Source of the DNA: Nitrosopumilus sp.
GTDB taxonomy: Archaea; Thermoproteota; Nitrososphaeria; Nitrososphaerales; Nitrosopumilaceae
Length of the DNA: 64,000 nt
Reading direction: 5' to 3'
Assembly: GCA_965218695.1 (NCBI GenBank)
Contig: OZ244651.1
Location: forward strand, 1,056,001-1,120,000
Shown here: positions 41,482 through 51,344 of the stretch, piece after piece
Layout of the letters: every line of letters begins with the position of its first letter
Numbering within the stretch: the stretch's first letter is position 1
Position numbers and translations under genes: made by a program
The notes under the pieces: model-generated
Databases searched by the model: none
What the model saw: the letters and a program-made list of their open reading frames with translations, nothing else
Told to the model about the DNA's origin: nothing

Positions 41482-43628
41482 GTAAGAGGTCGCCTTTGCG
41501 AAGCGATTCCGTGCCTGATCTGCCCCGATTAATTACCAACTGAGCTACGTTTTCGGCCGTAAATGCCCATTTAATTGGCATTATTTCAGGTTTTTTCCGG
41601 GAGGGTCAGACTGAGCTACGTTTTGGCCGATCCGGTGATCGGGTTTGCGAAGTGGCCTTTTTTGAAGCGGCCGGGCGGTGAATTGTGCCGGGATCAGGCG
41701 AGGTTATGCCAGGCTGCCGGCGCGACGGGTCTGCATGGAACAGTCAGGGAGTGGATTTTGCAGGATTTATGCAGTTGCTGCTGCTCCTGTCGGAATTTTT
41801 TCGACAAGACCGTGCATATAGTCAACCAAAAAGTCATGCGGGTTGACTCCGCGCCTCCTGCACGTCTCGCGGACGGTGGCCAGGACGGCGTGGTTGTATG
41901 CGCCGGCAAGGCTCTTGCTGCCGCCTGAGACCTTCCGGGATGCGACGCTGGGCCGCAGGGGGCGCTCGGCATCGTTGTTATGGCACTTTGTGTTGAGGCG
42001 GATGAATGGGAACAGGTGGGTGATCTCGCGCCGCAGCCGCTTGACAAACCGCTTGCAGTGGGCGTCTGTATACTCGCCGGAGATCAGGCGCCTCACCCTG
42101 GCCAATAGGTTGCGCACCTTGAGGTTTCGCGTGGCCTCGTCGTCGTCCGGGTCGAGTCCCTTCTCCGGGAACCAGGAATCGGTGATTATCCCCTTCAGGG
42201 CCTTGGCGAACTTTTTGAATTCGGGCCCGGGGTTCTTCATGGTCAGGGTGCGGAGGATCTCGCGGAGGTAGTGGTAGTGGCACTTTTGGTGGGTCCTGCC
42301 GATGCGGTTCCACGCAGCGTGTGAATCAGAGGTGACGTGGCCGCCGTACCCTCCAAGCAGGGTCTCCAGCACGTCTCCTCCCCGGCTCTTGTCCACGTAA
42401 AAGACAGTCGAGTTGTCACCGACTAGTATCCACAGCCAGTACAGTATCCCGGCTACCCTCCAGCTGGTCTCGTCGCCAAAGACATGCCCTGAGAAGAATA
42501 TATCCTCGAGCATCTCCTCGTAGAGCGGGTGGAGGGATCCCGTAACGGCATCCACGTGGCTGATGACTGTCGACTTGGCAAGGCCTGCGTGGTAGATTAT
42601 GTTGATCAGCTTGCGGATGGGTTCGTAGGGAATGTTGTACATCCTCATCGTCGTCTCAAGGCACGTCAGGCTGGCGCCGAACCGCCCCCCTGGGACGACC
42701 CCTGGGATCTCGGGGGCAAACTGCCTGCCGCATTCCCCGCAGTACCTGCGGACGACGGTATACTGGATGCCGGTCAGCTTCCCGTCGATGATCTCCTCGA
42801 CTACCCGGATGGTCACCTCGGTGGGCTCCTTCGAGAGGGCATGGCCGTGCGGGCAGGCGGGCATGTCGACTAGCTTTTTTTCGGATATCGGGGGAGGATC
42901 ACGGCCGGTGCGCAGGCAGACGACCTTCCTGAACGGGTCCGGCGCAGGCCCTGGTGATTCCCGGAGCCGCTTCTGGGAGCGGCGGCTTTTGATGCCCAGA
43001 TTCTCGGCTGCCAGCGCCGAGTTGGCCGCGCGCGCCTCCCTTAACTGAGAGGCATGCTCTGATGCCTGCCGTTCCAGGCGGGCTATCCTGTCCATGACTG
43101 CCTGCGAGACGTCGCATCCCTGCAGGAGGGCGGCATTCTCTGCCCTCAGTTTCTCTATCTCGGAGTCCTTTTGCACATTCTCTTCTTCCAGCAGTTTGAT
43201 CCTGGCATCCATCTCCGTCAGCATCGCGTGTTCCCCTGAGAAGGCCTCTGCCTCCTCCTTCAGCTGCTCGATGTCTTTTCTCAGTGCCATGCTCTCCTCG
43301 TCCTTGGATTTGAGCATGTCCAAGACGGATTCGAAGAGGGACTTGGTGTCGGTTACGGAGTTCCAGTCAATCTTTTCCAAGTCGATTACAGGCACCACGC
43401 CATAACACGGGAAGGCATGATCCATAAAGCTTTTGGGCACGCAGCGCCTGCCGGAAAATGCGGCGCAAAAGATCCAACCGGAAGAGCCTTGATCCGAAAA
43501 CCGCCCTGCCTGAGGACCGTGTTGATAACGTGCAATTAATCGGGTATTTATGGTCAAAAACGTAGCTCAGTTGGTAATTAATCGGAACAGATCAGGCACG
43601 GAATCGCTTCGCAAAGGCGACCTCTTAC
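41482..43628 (-). mobile_element. IS66-family IS with ~95-bp TIRs (no TSD)
   Basis: gtaagaggtcgcctttgcgaagcgattccgtgcctgatctg..ccgattaattaccaactgagctacgtttt is present inverted at both ends. Confidence 0.9.
41767..43398 (-). CDS. IS66-family transposase (start uncertain; frame open to 43557)
   Basis: Coiled coil, CPHG / CGECG, GDETSW, TSDSH, QKCHYHYLRE, HNNDAERPLR. Confidence 0.9.
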   Translation of the reverse strand: MVPVIDLEKIDWNSVTDTKSLFESVLDMLKSKDEESMALRKDIEQLKEEAEAFSGEHAMLTEMDARIKLLEEENVQKDSEIEKLRAENAALLQGCDVSQAVMDRIARLERQASEHASQLREARAANSALAAENLGIKSRRSQKRLRESPGPAPDPFRKVVCLRTGRDPPPISEKKLVDMPACPHGHALSKEPTEVTIRVVEEIIDGKLTGIQYTVVRRYCGECGRQFAPEIPGVVPGGRFGASLTCLETTMRMYNIPYEPIRKLINIIYHAGLAKSTVISHVDAVTGSLHPLYEEMLEDIFFSGHVFGDETSWRVAGILYWLWILVGDNSTVFYVDKSRGGDVLETLLGGYGGHVTSDSHAAWNRIGRTHQKCHYHYLREILRTLTMKNPGPEFKKFAKALKGIITDSWFPEKGLDPDDDEATRNLKVRNLLARVRRLISGEYTDAHCKRFVKRLRREITHLFPFIRLNTKCHNNDAERPLRPSVASRKVSGGSKSLAGAYNHAVLATVRETCRRRGVNPHDFLVDYMHGLVEKIPTGAAATA

Positions 43629-44523
43629 CATACAGGACACTGTAGGCCTTGATGCGGATCTTCTGGGGCAGGAAGCATCACCGAAAAACTTCCAGGCAAC
43701 CACCGCAGAACGCCTGCGGGTATTGGCAGGTGACGGCGACTCTAGCAAGGTGACAGACGCACTTGAGCACGAATCCGATCTGATGCCAACAGCCTCCTCC
43801 CCGTTCAACGAAATCAGCCGCCACATCAGGAAGACCGGGATTATGAGAATGGAAGAGTTTCCCATGGGCAGGAGGGCCGGAAAGGTGGGCGAGGGAAGGA
43901 AAATTGTCTTGGCATACGTGCGGGAAGGGCCGCGACGGGCGTTTTATGCCGTCATATTCGACTATTCTACCAAAACGGCCGAGGTGGCAGACGACATGGA
44001 GGCAATCAGGATTGTAAGGTGCGGGGAAGACGAAGAACCGTACCTTCCCATGGACTCCGTCAACGGGAGAGAGTCTTTTGGGAGGCTGATGGAGATAGAC
44101 GGGATCGCGCGCGAGGCTATCGGCAGGCGCAACAGCGAGGACGAAAAGATGGCCGCCAAGCTCCGCTCAAAGCCCAAGAAGAGCGAGAGGACGATAGAGC
44201 ATTTCCGCGAGGTGATGGATGGGGCGATCGACGACGGAAACCTTACGGAGCATGATGCAGAAGAGGCCGATTCCATATTGGATTCTGCGGACCTGCGGCA
44301 ATGGGGTGACTACATCGAGAGGCTGCTTGACGAGTGCGATACAGGATCGGATGTGCGGAGAGCCATAAACGAGTTGAAGAAGATCGGCAAGGAGATGGCG
44401 GCAAGGGACAAGGAAGATGCGCGTGCGACGACGGATCCCGGCAGACTGATTCTGGTCGGCGCGCTCTTTGTCACGGCATCCGACGAGGCGCGAACCGATC
44501 TGGAACAGTTCGAACAGTTCTAA
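43629..44523 (+). pseudogene. 5'-truncated gene, possibly the C-terminal part of a SNF2/PLD-type helicase
   Basis: Reading frame begins at the IS66 end (IQDTVGLDADLLGQE..PKNF), reminiscent of the region after HELICc in restriction-associated helicases; no helicase motifs remain. Confidence 0.45.
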
Positions 44524-44636
44524 TTTGGAATTTTTATGGGCAGTCAATACCTGCATGACAATACACACCAAAAGATACCCGAGACTGACGTTGCCTACAG
44601 ACCAACAGTCTTATTTTACAAAATCCTAGGCCGGGC

Positions 44637-45311
44637 ATGGATGATCCGGATAACAGGATGCTCAGGTTTGAAGAATACTACAGGTATTTGGAATGGCCAT
44701 TCAACGAGATCACTAGAATAATCCCCTTGGAAAACCACCCAGACACGTTTTCGCCTCGTCTGTATGAAATCCTGCAAAGTACATGCAGTCAGGTTGAGGG
44801 AATCGTGAGAATCATGCATGAGGCGTGCTTTTCTAAAAGCGACAAGGTCGCCGCTGCCCTGTATGCCGATCTGGATCATGAAGGTGTGCTGAGTAACCAG
44901 AAAGTGGCCTTTAGGACGCGTACGGAATGGAATGCGATAAAGCCATTTTCGTGCGACTTTGCATGCATTCACCACTATGGGCATGACGATCCTCACATGA
45001 ATCCCCGTTGTGGAAAAATGCCGAAATGGTGGACGGCATACAATGATTCAAAACATCGCCTGCCGGATGGATACGTATCCGGTAGTGTGGGGAATGCCTA
45101 CCTTGCATTGGCAGGTTTGTATGTACTGCATGTCATGATGTACCAACTCCCGAGGAATCCGGATGGCTTCCTAAGGAAAGATTCTTGGAAGATGCGTACG
45201 ATGCCTGTAGTCCATGATGGGCACAGGAACACATTTCATGAATGGGGGGTGCTGGAACCAAGGTCGGACATGTTTTTGTCGTTGGGCATGCTTGTTCCAA
45301 AACAAATCTAA
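44637..45311 (+). CDS. Hypothetical protein, possible HEPN-like fold
   Basis: ILQSTCSQVE...PKWWTAYNDSKH...NAYLALAGLY pattern. Confidence 0.6.
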   Translation: MDDPDNRMLRFEEYYRYLEWPFNEITRIIPLENHPDTFSPRLYEILQSTCSQVEGIVRIMHEACFSKSDKVAAALYADLDHEGVLSNQKVAFRTRTEWNAIKPFSCDFACIHHYGHDDPHMNPRCGKMPKWWTAYNDSKHRLPDGYVSGSVGNAYLALAGLYVLHVMMYQLPRNPDGFLRKDSWKMRTMPVVHDGHRNTFHEWGVLEPRSDMFLSLGMLVPKQI

Positions 45312-45617
45312 ACCCGCTATTGCAGTATGCTTGAAGATATCAGCGGTGTCATGCGGCTTGATCTACTGATTCTGTAGGGTGCTTCATTTGTATGCCCGCC
45401 TCATGATTCATGGTTATGTTGATGATTGTCCTAGTTGGGTCGCCTCTACTCGCCTCTACTCGCTCCGGCGATAATCAGTCAAGTGGTGTAGTCGGTCAAG
45501 TTGTTGTTGACGGTTTTTTGGTGTGTCCGTGTGTCTTGTGGCGGCGTCCGGGTAACGGTTCGTCCCCCTAGATTGTTGCCCCTTTGAATCATTGCCCCTT
45601 CAAGACATGAAGTAATA

Positions 45618-45739
45618 TCGGCGAAGCCGAATTGATATAGAACCGCCGATGGCGGTTCGTGTATAGAATTCCGTTACGGAATTCTTGTATCGTCGAATCC
45701 AATGGATTCGACATGGATAGAACCCCGTTACGGGGTTCT
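45618..45739. repeat. Array of five perfect hairpins with 3-nt loops, spaced 25-27 bp
   Basis: tcggc-gaa-gccga; gaaccgcc-gat-ggcggttc; agaattccg-tta-cggaattct; gtcgaatcc-aat-ggattcgac; agaaccccg-tta-cggggttct. Confidence 0.9.
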
Positions 45740-46358
45740 TGTGAACATGATTAGCCCCCTCTCTCTTGTCCATGTCATGTCATGTCGTCGTGATATCGTC
45801 CAGTGTTGATACTGCTGATGGTATCATCGTTAACCGCCGGAGCCTAAGGGCGGAGGCGGTCTTACGTTGCCGGCGTCTGCCAATTAAAACTCGAGTGGTG
45901 GGTGGGTATTCCCTGAATGGGATTCTGGAAATGGGACGTTTGGGAGCCTCACTGGGGTTCCTCAGTTGTGAAGAGGCTGTTTCCTACCTTCCATCCCTCC
46001 ACTGCCCCATAGTTCCGGTTTGTTCTGACCAATTCATCCCTTCGGAGCCAATAGGGTCAGACCTATACTGTTCCACCATGAACCAATCAACCGTACCATC
46101 GTAGAATTCGGAAGCCGTTCCACCATAGAACCAATCCACCATACAAACAGGGCACAACGTCAGGATACAACTCCAACAGAGTCGATCATGATACTACTAC
46201 ATACCCCCGCCCGCTTGTTAGGCTGTCACCAGGTCTTATCCATCTGGACTTTCAAAGACCGGGTCCGAGGGATCTAGCTTGGTTGATCCTTCGGGGCTTC
46301 AGACTTTGGGAATTGGTCTAATTGATGTCTTCAATAATGTAAAGTCGTAAACACGTCA

Positions 46359-46446
46359 AGTCCCCCTACCTTCCAAGACATGAACGAGTCCCCTACCTTC
46401 CAAGACATGAACGAGTCCCCTACCTTCCAAGACATGAACGAGTCCC
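46359..46446. repeat. 27-bp tandem repeat x ~3.2 (iteron-like)
   Basis: agtcccctaccttccaagacatgaacg repeated without spacers. Confidence 0.92.
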
Positions 46447-46848
46447 ATGGATATATGTCAAGTTTAAGACCAGTCAAGCCAGTTGGAAGTCGGTTATGAC
46501 AGTGGATGAAGCCAAAGGGAGGGTCAAGCTAGGCCATGTGGGAAAACCCCTTAGACCAAGTCCAAAGATGCCAAAACGTTGCCAAAACATGTCTGAGACA
46601 ACGTGATCTACAGAGAATGAACCAGAGGCCAGACTTTCCGTGTGGGGTGTCAGCCGCGTATGGTAACGCCACCAAGAGACCAAACCCGAACCGTGTGAGC
46701 CGGGGATTCTACCGTGGGACAAAAGCCGAGTAATCACCACTGACTGAAGACTGGTCTCCCTGTAGACGTATGGGCGGGCGAGAGGGGACCAGAAGGTATC
46801 CGGTTCATCCTGGGACAACGTGAATGATTATGTCGGTACGGCGATCAC

Positions 46849-47040
46849 ATGACAACCAATGGCGGACAGAACCGGGGACGTCATTCCGGATGGGCTGGAA
46901 GAATTGACTGTCGGTACTGGGTAAACGGAACAGACTTCTGGACTGTGTATTGGTCAGATGCCGAGGGGTTCGAGTATTGGCCGGAACCAGACGTGCTGGT
47001 AATGCTGGAAATGATGGACGCTTTTGCCATGACAAAATAA
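46849..47040 (+). CDS. Small Trp-rich hypothetical protein
   Basis: 63-aa ORF co-oriented with the downstream AbrB-like gene. Confidence 0.35.
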   Translation: MTTNGGQNRGRHSGWAGRIDCRYWVNGTDFWTVYWSDAEGFEYWPEPDVLVMLEMMDAFAMTK

Positions 47041-47155
47041 CGGAGGACTGGGAAATCTGACTGCCAAAAGCTGAGAAACTGGGGGAAATGGGTAAAATAG
47101 TATATTGCGAATCAGGTATTTGTGACATAGGTAGCATAGGTAGCATCGGAAGACG

Positions 47156-48227
47156 TGTATTATACGGAAATTATGTCCGCTAGTCATTGGTATCCTCCTC
47201 CATCCAATTTGGATTCTCATTTCTGATCTCCTCGGTCGCCTTTTTGGTGTGGAATGCCATGAGTGGAGTCTCGCGGTTGGCAATGTCCAGCGAAAAGTGC
47301 AGGCGACTCTCGTTATAATATTCGATGTACTCTGCCAAGCTCCTGCGGTGACATATCTCATCTTCAAGCGTCCTGTGAAACCGCTCAAGCTTGCCGTTGG
47401 TCTGGGGGTGGTACGGTCTGGAGTTTATCAGCCCTATGCTCAGGTCCAGCAGCTCTGCCTCAAAGATGGTGGGCTGCCATGATCCGGAAGGTGCTTTCAT
47501 TCTCTTGCCGTCCTTCCCCTTCACGTACCTGCCTGCAGCGCCCACAAAGCATGAGCCGTTATCTGACAGGATGGTGGCAGGAACGCCGAACTGCCTTACT
47601 GCGTCCCGGAGAACCTTCACAACGTTCTCAGACGTGGCCTCAGTAAACAGACCCACCCCGGTCACGCATCTTGACGCGTCGTCCAGAAAGGTCACCAGAT
47701 TGAGCTCTTTCATGCGTGGATCCTTCATGACATGCCAGTCCGTGTGCCACATGGAGTTGGAATGCCTTCGTTCGTAGCGAACCCACTTCCGTTTTTTGGA
47801 CTTTGCCACAGACGAAACCACCAGGCCGTTCTCCTTCATTATCCGGTATACCCTTTGGTAACTTATATCATGATTCACCTGCAGGTTCATGGCAGTGCGC
47901 AGCACGCCTTGCGGTTCCCGTCTACATTCAGCCAGCACAAGTCGTACTTCCTCCGGGGATGGTGGCCGTGCAGGCCTGCCGGGGCGCTGCGGGACGTGCG
48001 GAGTGCCAGCAGCACGAAATACAGTCCACAGCCTGCGGACGTGTCTTGGCGTCACGCCGATCTCCGCTGCCACTTCCGTCGCGCCTCTGCCCTTGTCAAG
48101 CTGTGTCATCGCGTACCTGATGGACTTTGCTGTCAACCGTTTTACCATCGTTTTTCTTGATCGATAAAGGGCAAAGTAATCCTTTACGTAACGCTTAATC
48201 TTAGGCGGACCTAATTTTCGTACAACA
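47156..48227 (-). mobile_element. IS481-family IS with a long flanking direct repeat
   Basis: TGT...ACA ends, ~23-bp imperfect TIR; agcatcggaagacg at 47142-47155 and 48231-48244. Confidence 0.85.
47180..48148 (-). CDS. IS481-family transposase (rve integrase core)
   Basis: WHTDW, LDDASR, LSDNGSCF, PYHPQTNGKLERFHRTL; start probably MVKRL at 48148. Confidence 0.92.
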   Translation of the reverse strand: MVKRLTAKSIRYAMTQLDKGRGATEVAAEIGVTPRHVRRLWTVFRAAGTPHVPQRPGRPARPPSPEEVRLVLAECRREPQGVLRTAMNLQVNHDISYQRVYRIMKENGLVVSSVAKSKKRKWVRYERRHSNSMWHTDWHVMKDPRMKELNLVTFLDDASRCVTGVGLFTEATSENVVKVLRDAVRQFGVPATILSDNGSCFVGAAGRYVKGKDGKRMKAPSGSWQPTIFEAELLDLSIGLINSRPYHPQTNGKLERFHRTLEDEICHRRSLAEYIEYYNESRLHFSLDIANRETPLMAFHTKKATEEIRNENPNWMEEDTND

Positions 48228-48280
48228 GAGAGCATCGGAAGACGCACAATGTTCTTAAACTCTGAACAGGAACACGCGGC

Positions 48281-49054
48281 ATGGAAGAGACAACGTGGAT
48301 AATGACAGCATTGCAGGTCAAATCGACCATATACGTTGGCATACCGAAGAAGGCTGCAAAGCAGATGGGTATTGAAAAGGGATCAAAGGTGCACGTGAGG
48401 ATGGATGAAGACGGGTTGTACATGGACAAGCAGGAAAATATGGAAACGATCAAGGCAAGAATCCGGGAGCAGTTGAAAAAGGAGATGGAAAAGGACGAAA
48501 GGATACGGGATCTGGAAAAGATAGGCTACATGAGAAACAGGGACGAGAAGCGGCGGTGGAACGACATGCTGGCAGAGGCGGCGGTGCTGATGGAGAAGAA
48601 GAACAGGACAAAACAGGAAGACGAAAGGCTCAAAGACCTTAACGACGAGCTAACCAAGGACATGGAAAGGGTGGAAGATTTGGGAGAGATGATGACCAAG
48701 CACAACTTGGTGCTGGCAGAAGCTAGGCGGCGGACGGGAAAGGCACAAGAGACGATTACGCCGAAACCGCAGGCAATGCAAGAGACGATCAAGCCGAAGC
48801 TGCAGGCTATGCCTGCGGGTACCATAATGCCAGAAATGGAAGACGGCCCCGCGTGGCAGCGGCCGGTCAAGATCAAGGGGAACCAGACGCGGATGGATGC
48901 GATACTGGACGAGTCGTGTGGATTGTCAGACAAAATGTACACGATTGGCAGGAAGACCCCGATAACGGAATACGAGAAAAAAAGACATGCGTGGTTGCTG
49001 GAACAACTGGATATAGAGGACGGGAAAGAAAAGGCTAGAAGAGGGTTCCTCTGA
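48281..49054 (+). CDS. AbrB/MazE/SpoVT-domain protein with a long charged coiled coil
   Basis: YVGIPKKAAKQMGIEKGSKVHVRMDEDGLYM N-terminus. Confidence 0.75.
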   Translation: MEETTWIMTALQVKSTIYVGIPKKAAKQMGIEKGSKVHVRMDEDGLYMDKQENMETIKARIREQLKKEMEKDERIRDLEKIGYMRNRDEKRRWNDMLAEAAVLMEKKNRTKQEDERLKDLNDELTKDMERVEDLGEMMTKHNLVLAEARRRTGKAQETITPKPQAMQETIKPKLQAMPAGTIMPEMEDGPAWQRPVKIKGNQTRMDAILDESCGLSDKMYTIGRKTPITEYEKKRHAWLLEQLDIEDGKEKARRGFL

Positions 49055-49197
49055 ATTCCATTTTTTTGCCAATATGTCGCGGCGACAGGCCGCGCGCGTG
49101 ACGGGATCTGCATAAAATCTGTTCCGGGTAGGTCGTCATCCACAGGAATGCGTGGCAATAACATGTGAATTCAGGTTACGTTTTCAGCAAGGCGTAC

Positions 49198-50844
49198 TCA
49201 GTCTGATCTGGACGGCAGGTCGTGGCCATCTGACCAGTCGTCTTCTGTCTCGTCCAGCGCGGTCCTGATCTCGTACTCGGACGGCGCGTCTGACTTTGCG
49301 CCGCTTTTCAGGTGTTCTATCGTCTTTTTGAGGTCGTTTATCTGCCTGTTCTTTGAGGCCCTGACCTCTTCCATGTTCGTCTCGTAGTGTTCCTTCAGGC
49401 TTTCCAGCAGCGCTGCCAGTTTGCCGATGTCCTCCTTGACGGCCTGTCTCACGTCCCTCTCGGAGTCCCTGATGCGGCTTTCCATGTCAAGGGCAGACGC
49501 GGTCAGTTTTTCCATTCGGGCTACCTTTTCCTCGAGCAGCCGTACCCTGTCGTCTTTTTTGCCTGCCATGCTTGCGGACTTTTCCATCCTGGCCACCTTG
49601 GCCTCTAACAGCGTTATCTCGTCGTCCTTCCCGTCCCTGTGCCCGGATTTTTCCATCCCGATTACCTTTTCTTCAAGCTGCCTTATGCGGGCGTCCTTGT
49701 CAGACTCGAGCTTTTGGATGTTCTCGGACATGCGCTTGGTGGACTGCTTGAGTCTGGGAATATCGCTTATCGTCAGGTCCGGCACTATTGCCACGTACTC
49801 GCGCGCAAGCTCCAGCGCGGTGGTCTTGAAGTAGTTTTTGTCAAGCGGCACCAGCCCCCTGTGGCCCATCATGAACTCCTTTTTTATCAGAGACGCCAAC
49901 GGCGAGTCCTGGGACAGCGCCTCCTTGCACGTCTTGTTCCAGAATCGGCGGAACCCGTTCATGAGCGGGACATCGAACCTCCTTGCCTGTTTTGCCCTGC
50001 CCCCGCGCAGCCCGGCACGCGCCGCCGTCTTGTCGAGCAGCTGCCCGAGGACCTTGTATGACGCCCTTTTGGGCGGGCCCTTCTTGATCAGGAACACCGG
50101 ATCCTTCGGGTCCGGCATGCGCCCCATCCTCTCGGCCCACGCGCGGCCGTACTCCCGCAGGGCGTCGTACGCCTCCGGCGTTATGAACGTGACGTAGCTC
50201 TCAGCCGACCCCCGGTACACCTCCAGCATGGCGCACGCGATATCGTGGCCTTCTGCCCCCGGATCCAGCAGGAGCCTGTCGCCTGCACGGTACACGGGAG
50301 TTAAGTCGCGCCACTCCATGTCCAGCCCTCCTGCCCGCATGCCGGAGCTTGCCAGAACCAGCACCACGGCCCGCTCCATGCTGTCGCGCGAGTGCGTGAC
50401 CATCGCGCCGATCTCCTCCCTGGTCCATCCGCGCGATGCGGCCACGTTGTCAAGCTCGGGGTACGTGGCGTAGATCCTCTTCCACGGGATCGCCACGTCT
50501 GTCATGTCGAAGAGTTTCTTGACCGGCTTGAAGTAGTTGGCAAACGACGCCGGGTTGAGGTAGTCCGGGTCGTCGTGCTCAAGGACGGTCCTCTCCCGGA
50601 TCTTCCTGGACAGGTTCAGCAGCAGGTCGCGCGTCCACTCCGGCTCCTCCCTGCCGTGCCGGACCAGCTGCACCACGCGCTCCTCGAAGGTCCCCTCGAG
50701 TATCTCCTCGAGGAACTCGCACACTATCTTGCGCAGCGTCCTGGTATACTTTTCCCGCGTTGCCTCGGTCCTTATGCCCTGCGTGAACAGGTCCAGCGGA
50801 TTCGCGTCCCCCGTCCTGACGATCTCGTCTTTTGCCAACTTCAT
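49198..50844 (-). CDS. Tyrosine recombinase/integrase with C-terminal coiled-coil extension
   Basis: LASSGMRAGGL (R), MNGFRRFW (HxxR-like), MMGH, DKNY (Y); starts 45 bp from the 3' end of tRNA-Lys. Confidence 0.88.
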   Translation of the reverse strand: MKLAKDEIVRTGDANPLDLFTQGIRTEATREKYTRTLRKIVCEFLEEILEGTFEERVVQLVRHGREEPEWTRDLLLNLSRKIRERTVLEHDDPDYLNPASFANYFKPVKKLFDMTDVAIPWKRIYATYPELDNVAASRGWTREEIGAMVTHSRDSMERAVVLVLASSGMRAGGLDMEWRDLTPVYRAGDRLLLDPGAEGHDIACAMLEVYRGSAESYVTFITPEAYDALREYGRAWAERMGRMPDPKDPVFLIKKGPPKRASYKVLGQLLDKTAARAGLRGGRAKQARRFDVPLMNGFRRFWNKTCKEALSQDSPLASLIKKEFMMGHRGLVPLDKNYFKTTALELAREYVAIVPDLTISDIPRLKQSTKRMSENIQKLESDKDARIRQLEEKVIGMEKSGHRDGKDDEITLLEAKVARMEKSASMAGKKDDRVRLLEEKVARMEKLTASALDMESRIRDSERDVRQAVKEDIGKLAALLESLKEHYETNMEEVRASKNRQINDLKKTIEHLKSGAKSDAPSEYEIRTALDETEDDWSDGHDLPSRSD

Positions 50845-50888
50845 GCATTCATATGCGTGTGGAACCTATAAAAGCATCGTTAATAACG

Positions 50889-50962
50889 CGGGTCTAAAGG
50901 GATTCGAACCCTTGACAGCCGGATTAAAAGTCCGGTGCGCTACCTGGCTGCGCCATAGACCC
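50889..50962 (-). tRNA. tRNA-Lys(TTT)
   Basis: gggtctatggcgcagccaggtagcgcaccggac-ttttaa-tccggctgtcaagggttcgaatccctttagacccg folds as a cloverleaf. Confidence 0.95.
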
Positions 50963-51227
50963 CAGCCTCAAATGTCTGGTGCGTATAATTTAGTCCTTTA
51001 CCAGATCTTGGTACGTCTCGACTCGTCGTGCAATTTCTCCCACTCGAACGCACACGAGATCTGCATGTCTCGCCATGCATCAGTCCTGTCTATACGCCTG
51101 TTGCCTTGTGTGCGTGGAATTGATTCCATGTTGTTATTGTGAATCGGGGGTGTTGCCCAAACCTGAGATCTTGAGGGATCAATCGGTCTGTTTTGTTCGT
51201 TGCACAAAGTCATTTTGGTTTACAGGT

Positions 51228-51255
51228 CATCATCATCATCATCATCATCATCATC
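51228..51255. repeat. (CAT)9 microsatellite
   Basis: Direct reading. Confidence 0.9.
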
Positions 51256-51344
51256 GGCTGGTCATTAAGCGCGGTGTGGTTTCTTGACCCGAATGTGGAC
51301 AACACCATGTGCAGATGCGTACGCACGGCGTAACCAGAACACGT

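Noticed and set aside
45618-45739. Hairpin array as a mini-CRISPR
   Set aside because: Stems differ in sequence and linkers are under 10 nt, too short for spacers.
46359-46446. 27-bp repeats as a CRISPR array
   Set aside because: The repeats are contiguous with no spacers, and there are no cas genes in the window.
30790-50889. att site duplicating the 3' end of tRNA-Lys
   Set aside because: No second copy found by eye in the window.
51075-51287. Poly-His protein ORF
   Set aside because: The His run comes from the (CAT)9 microsatellite; the rest of the ORF has no coding character.
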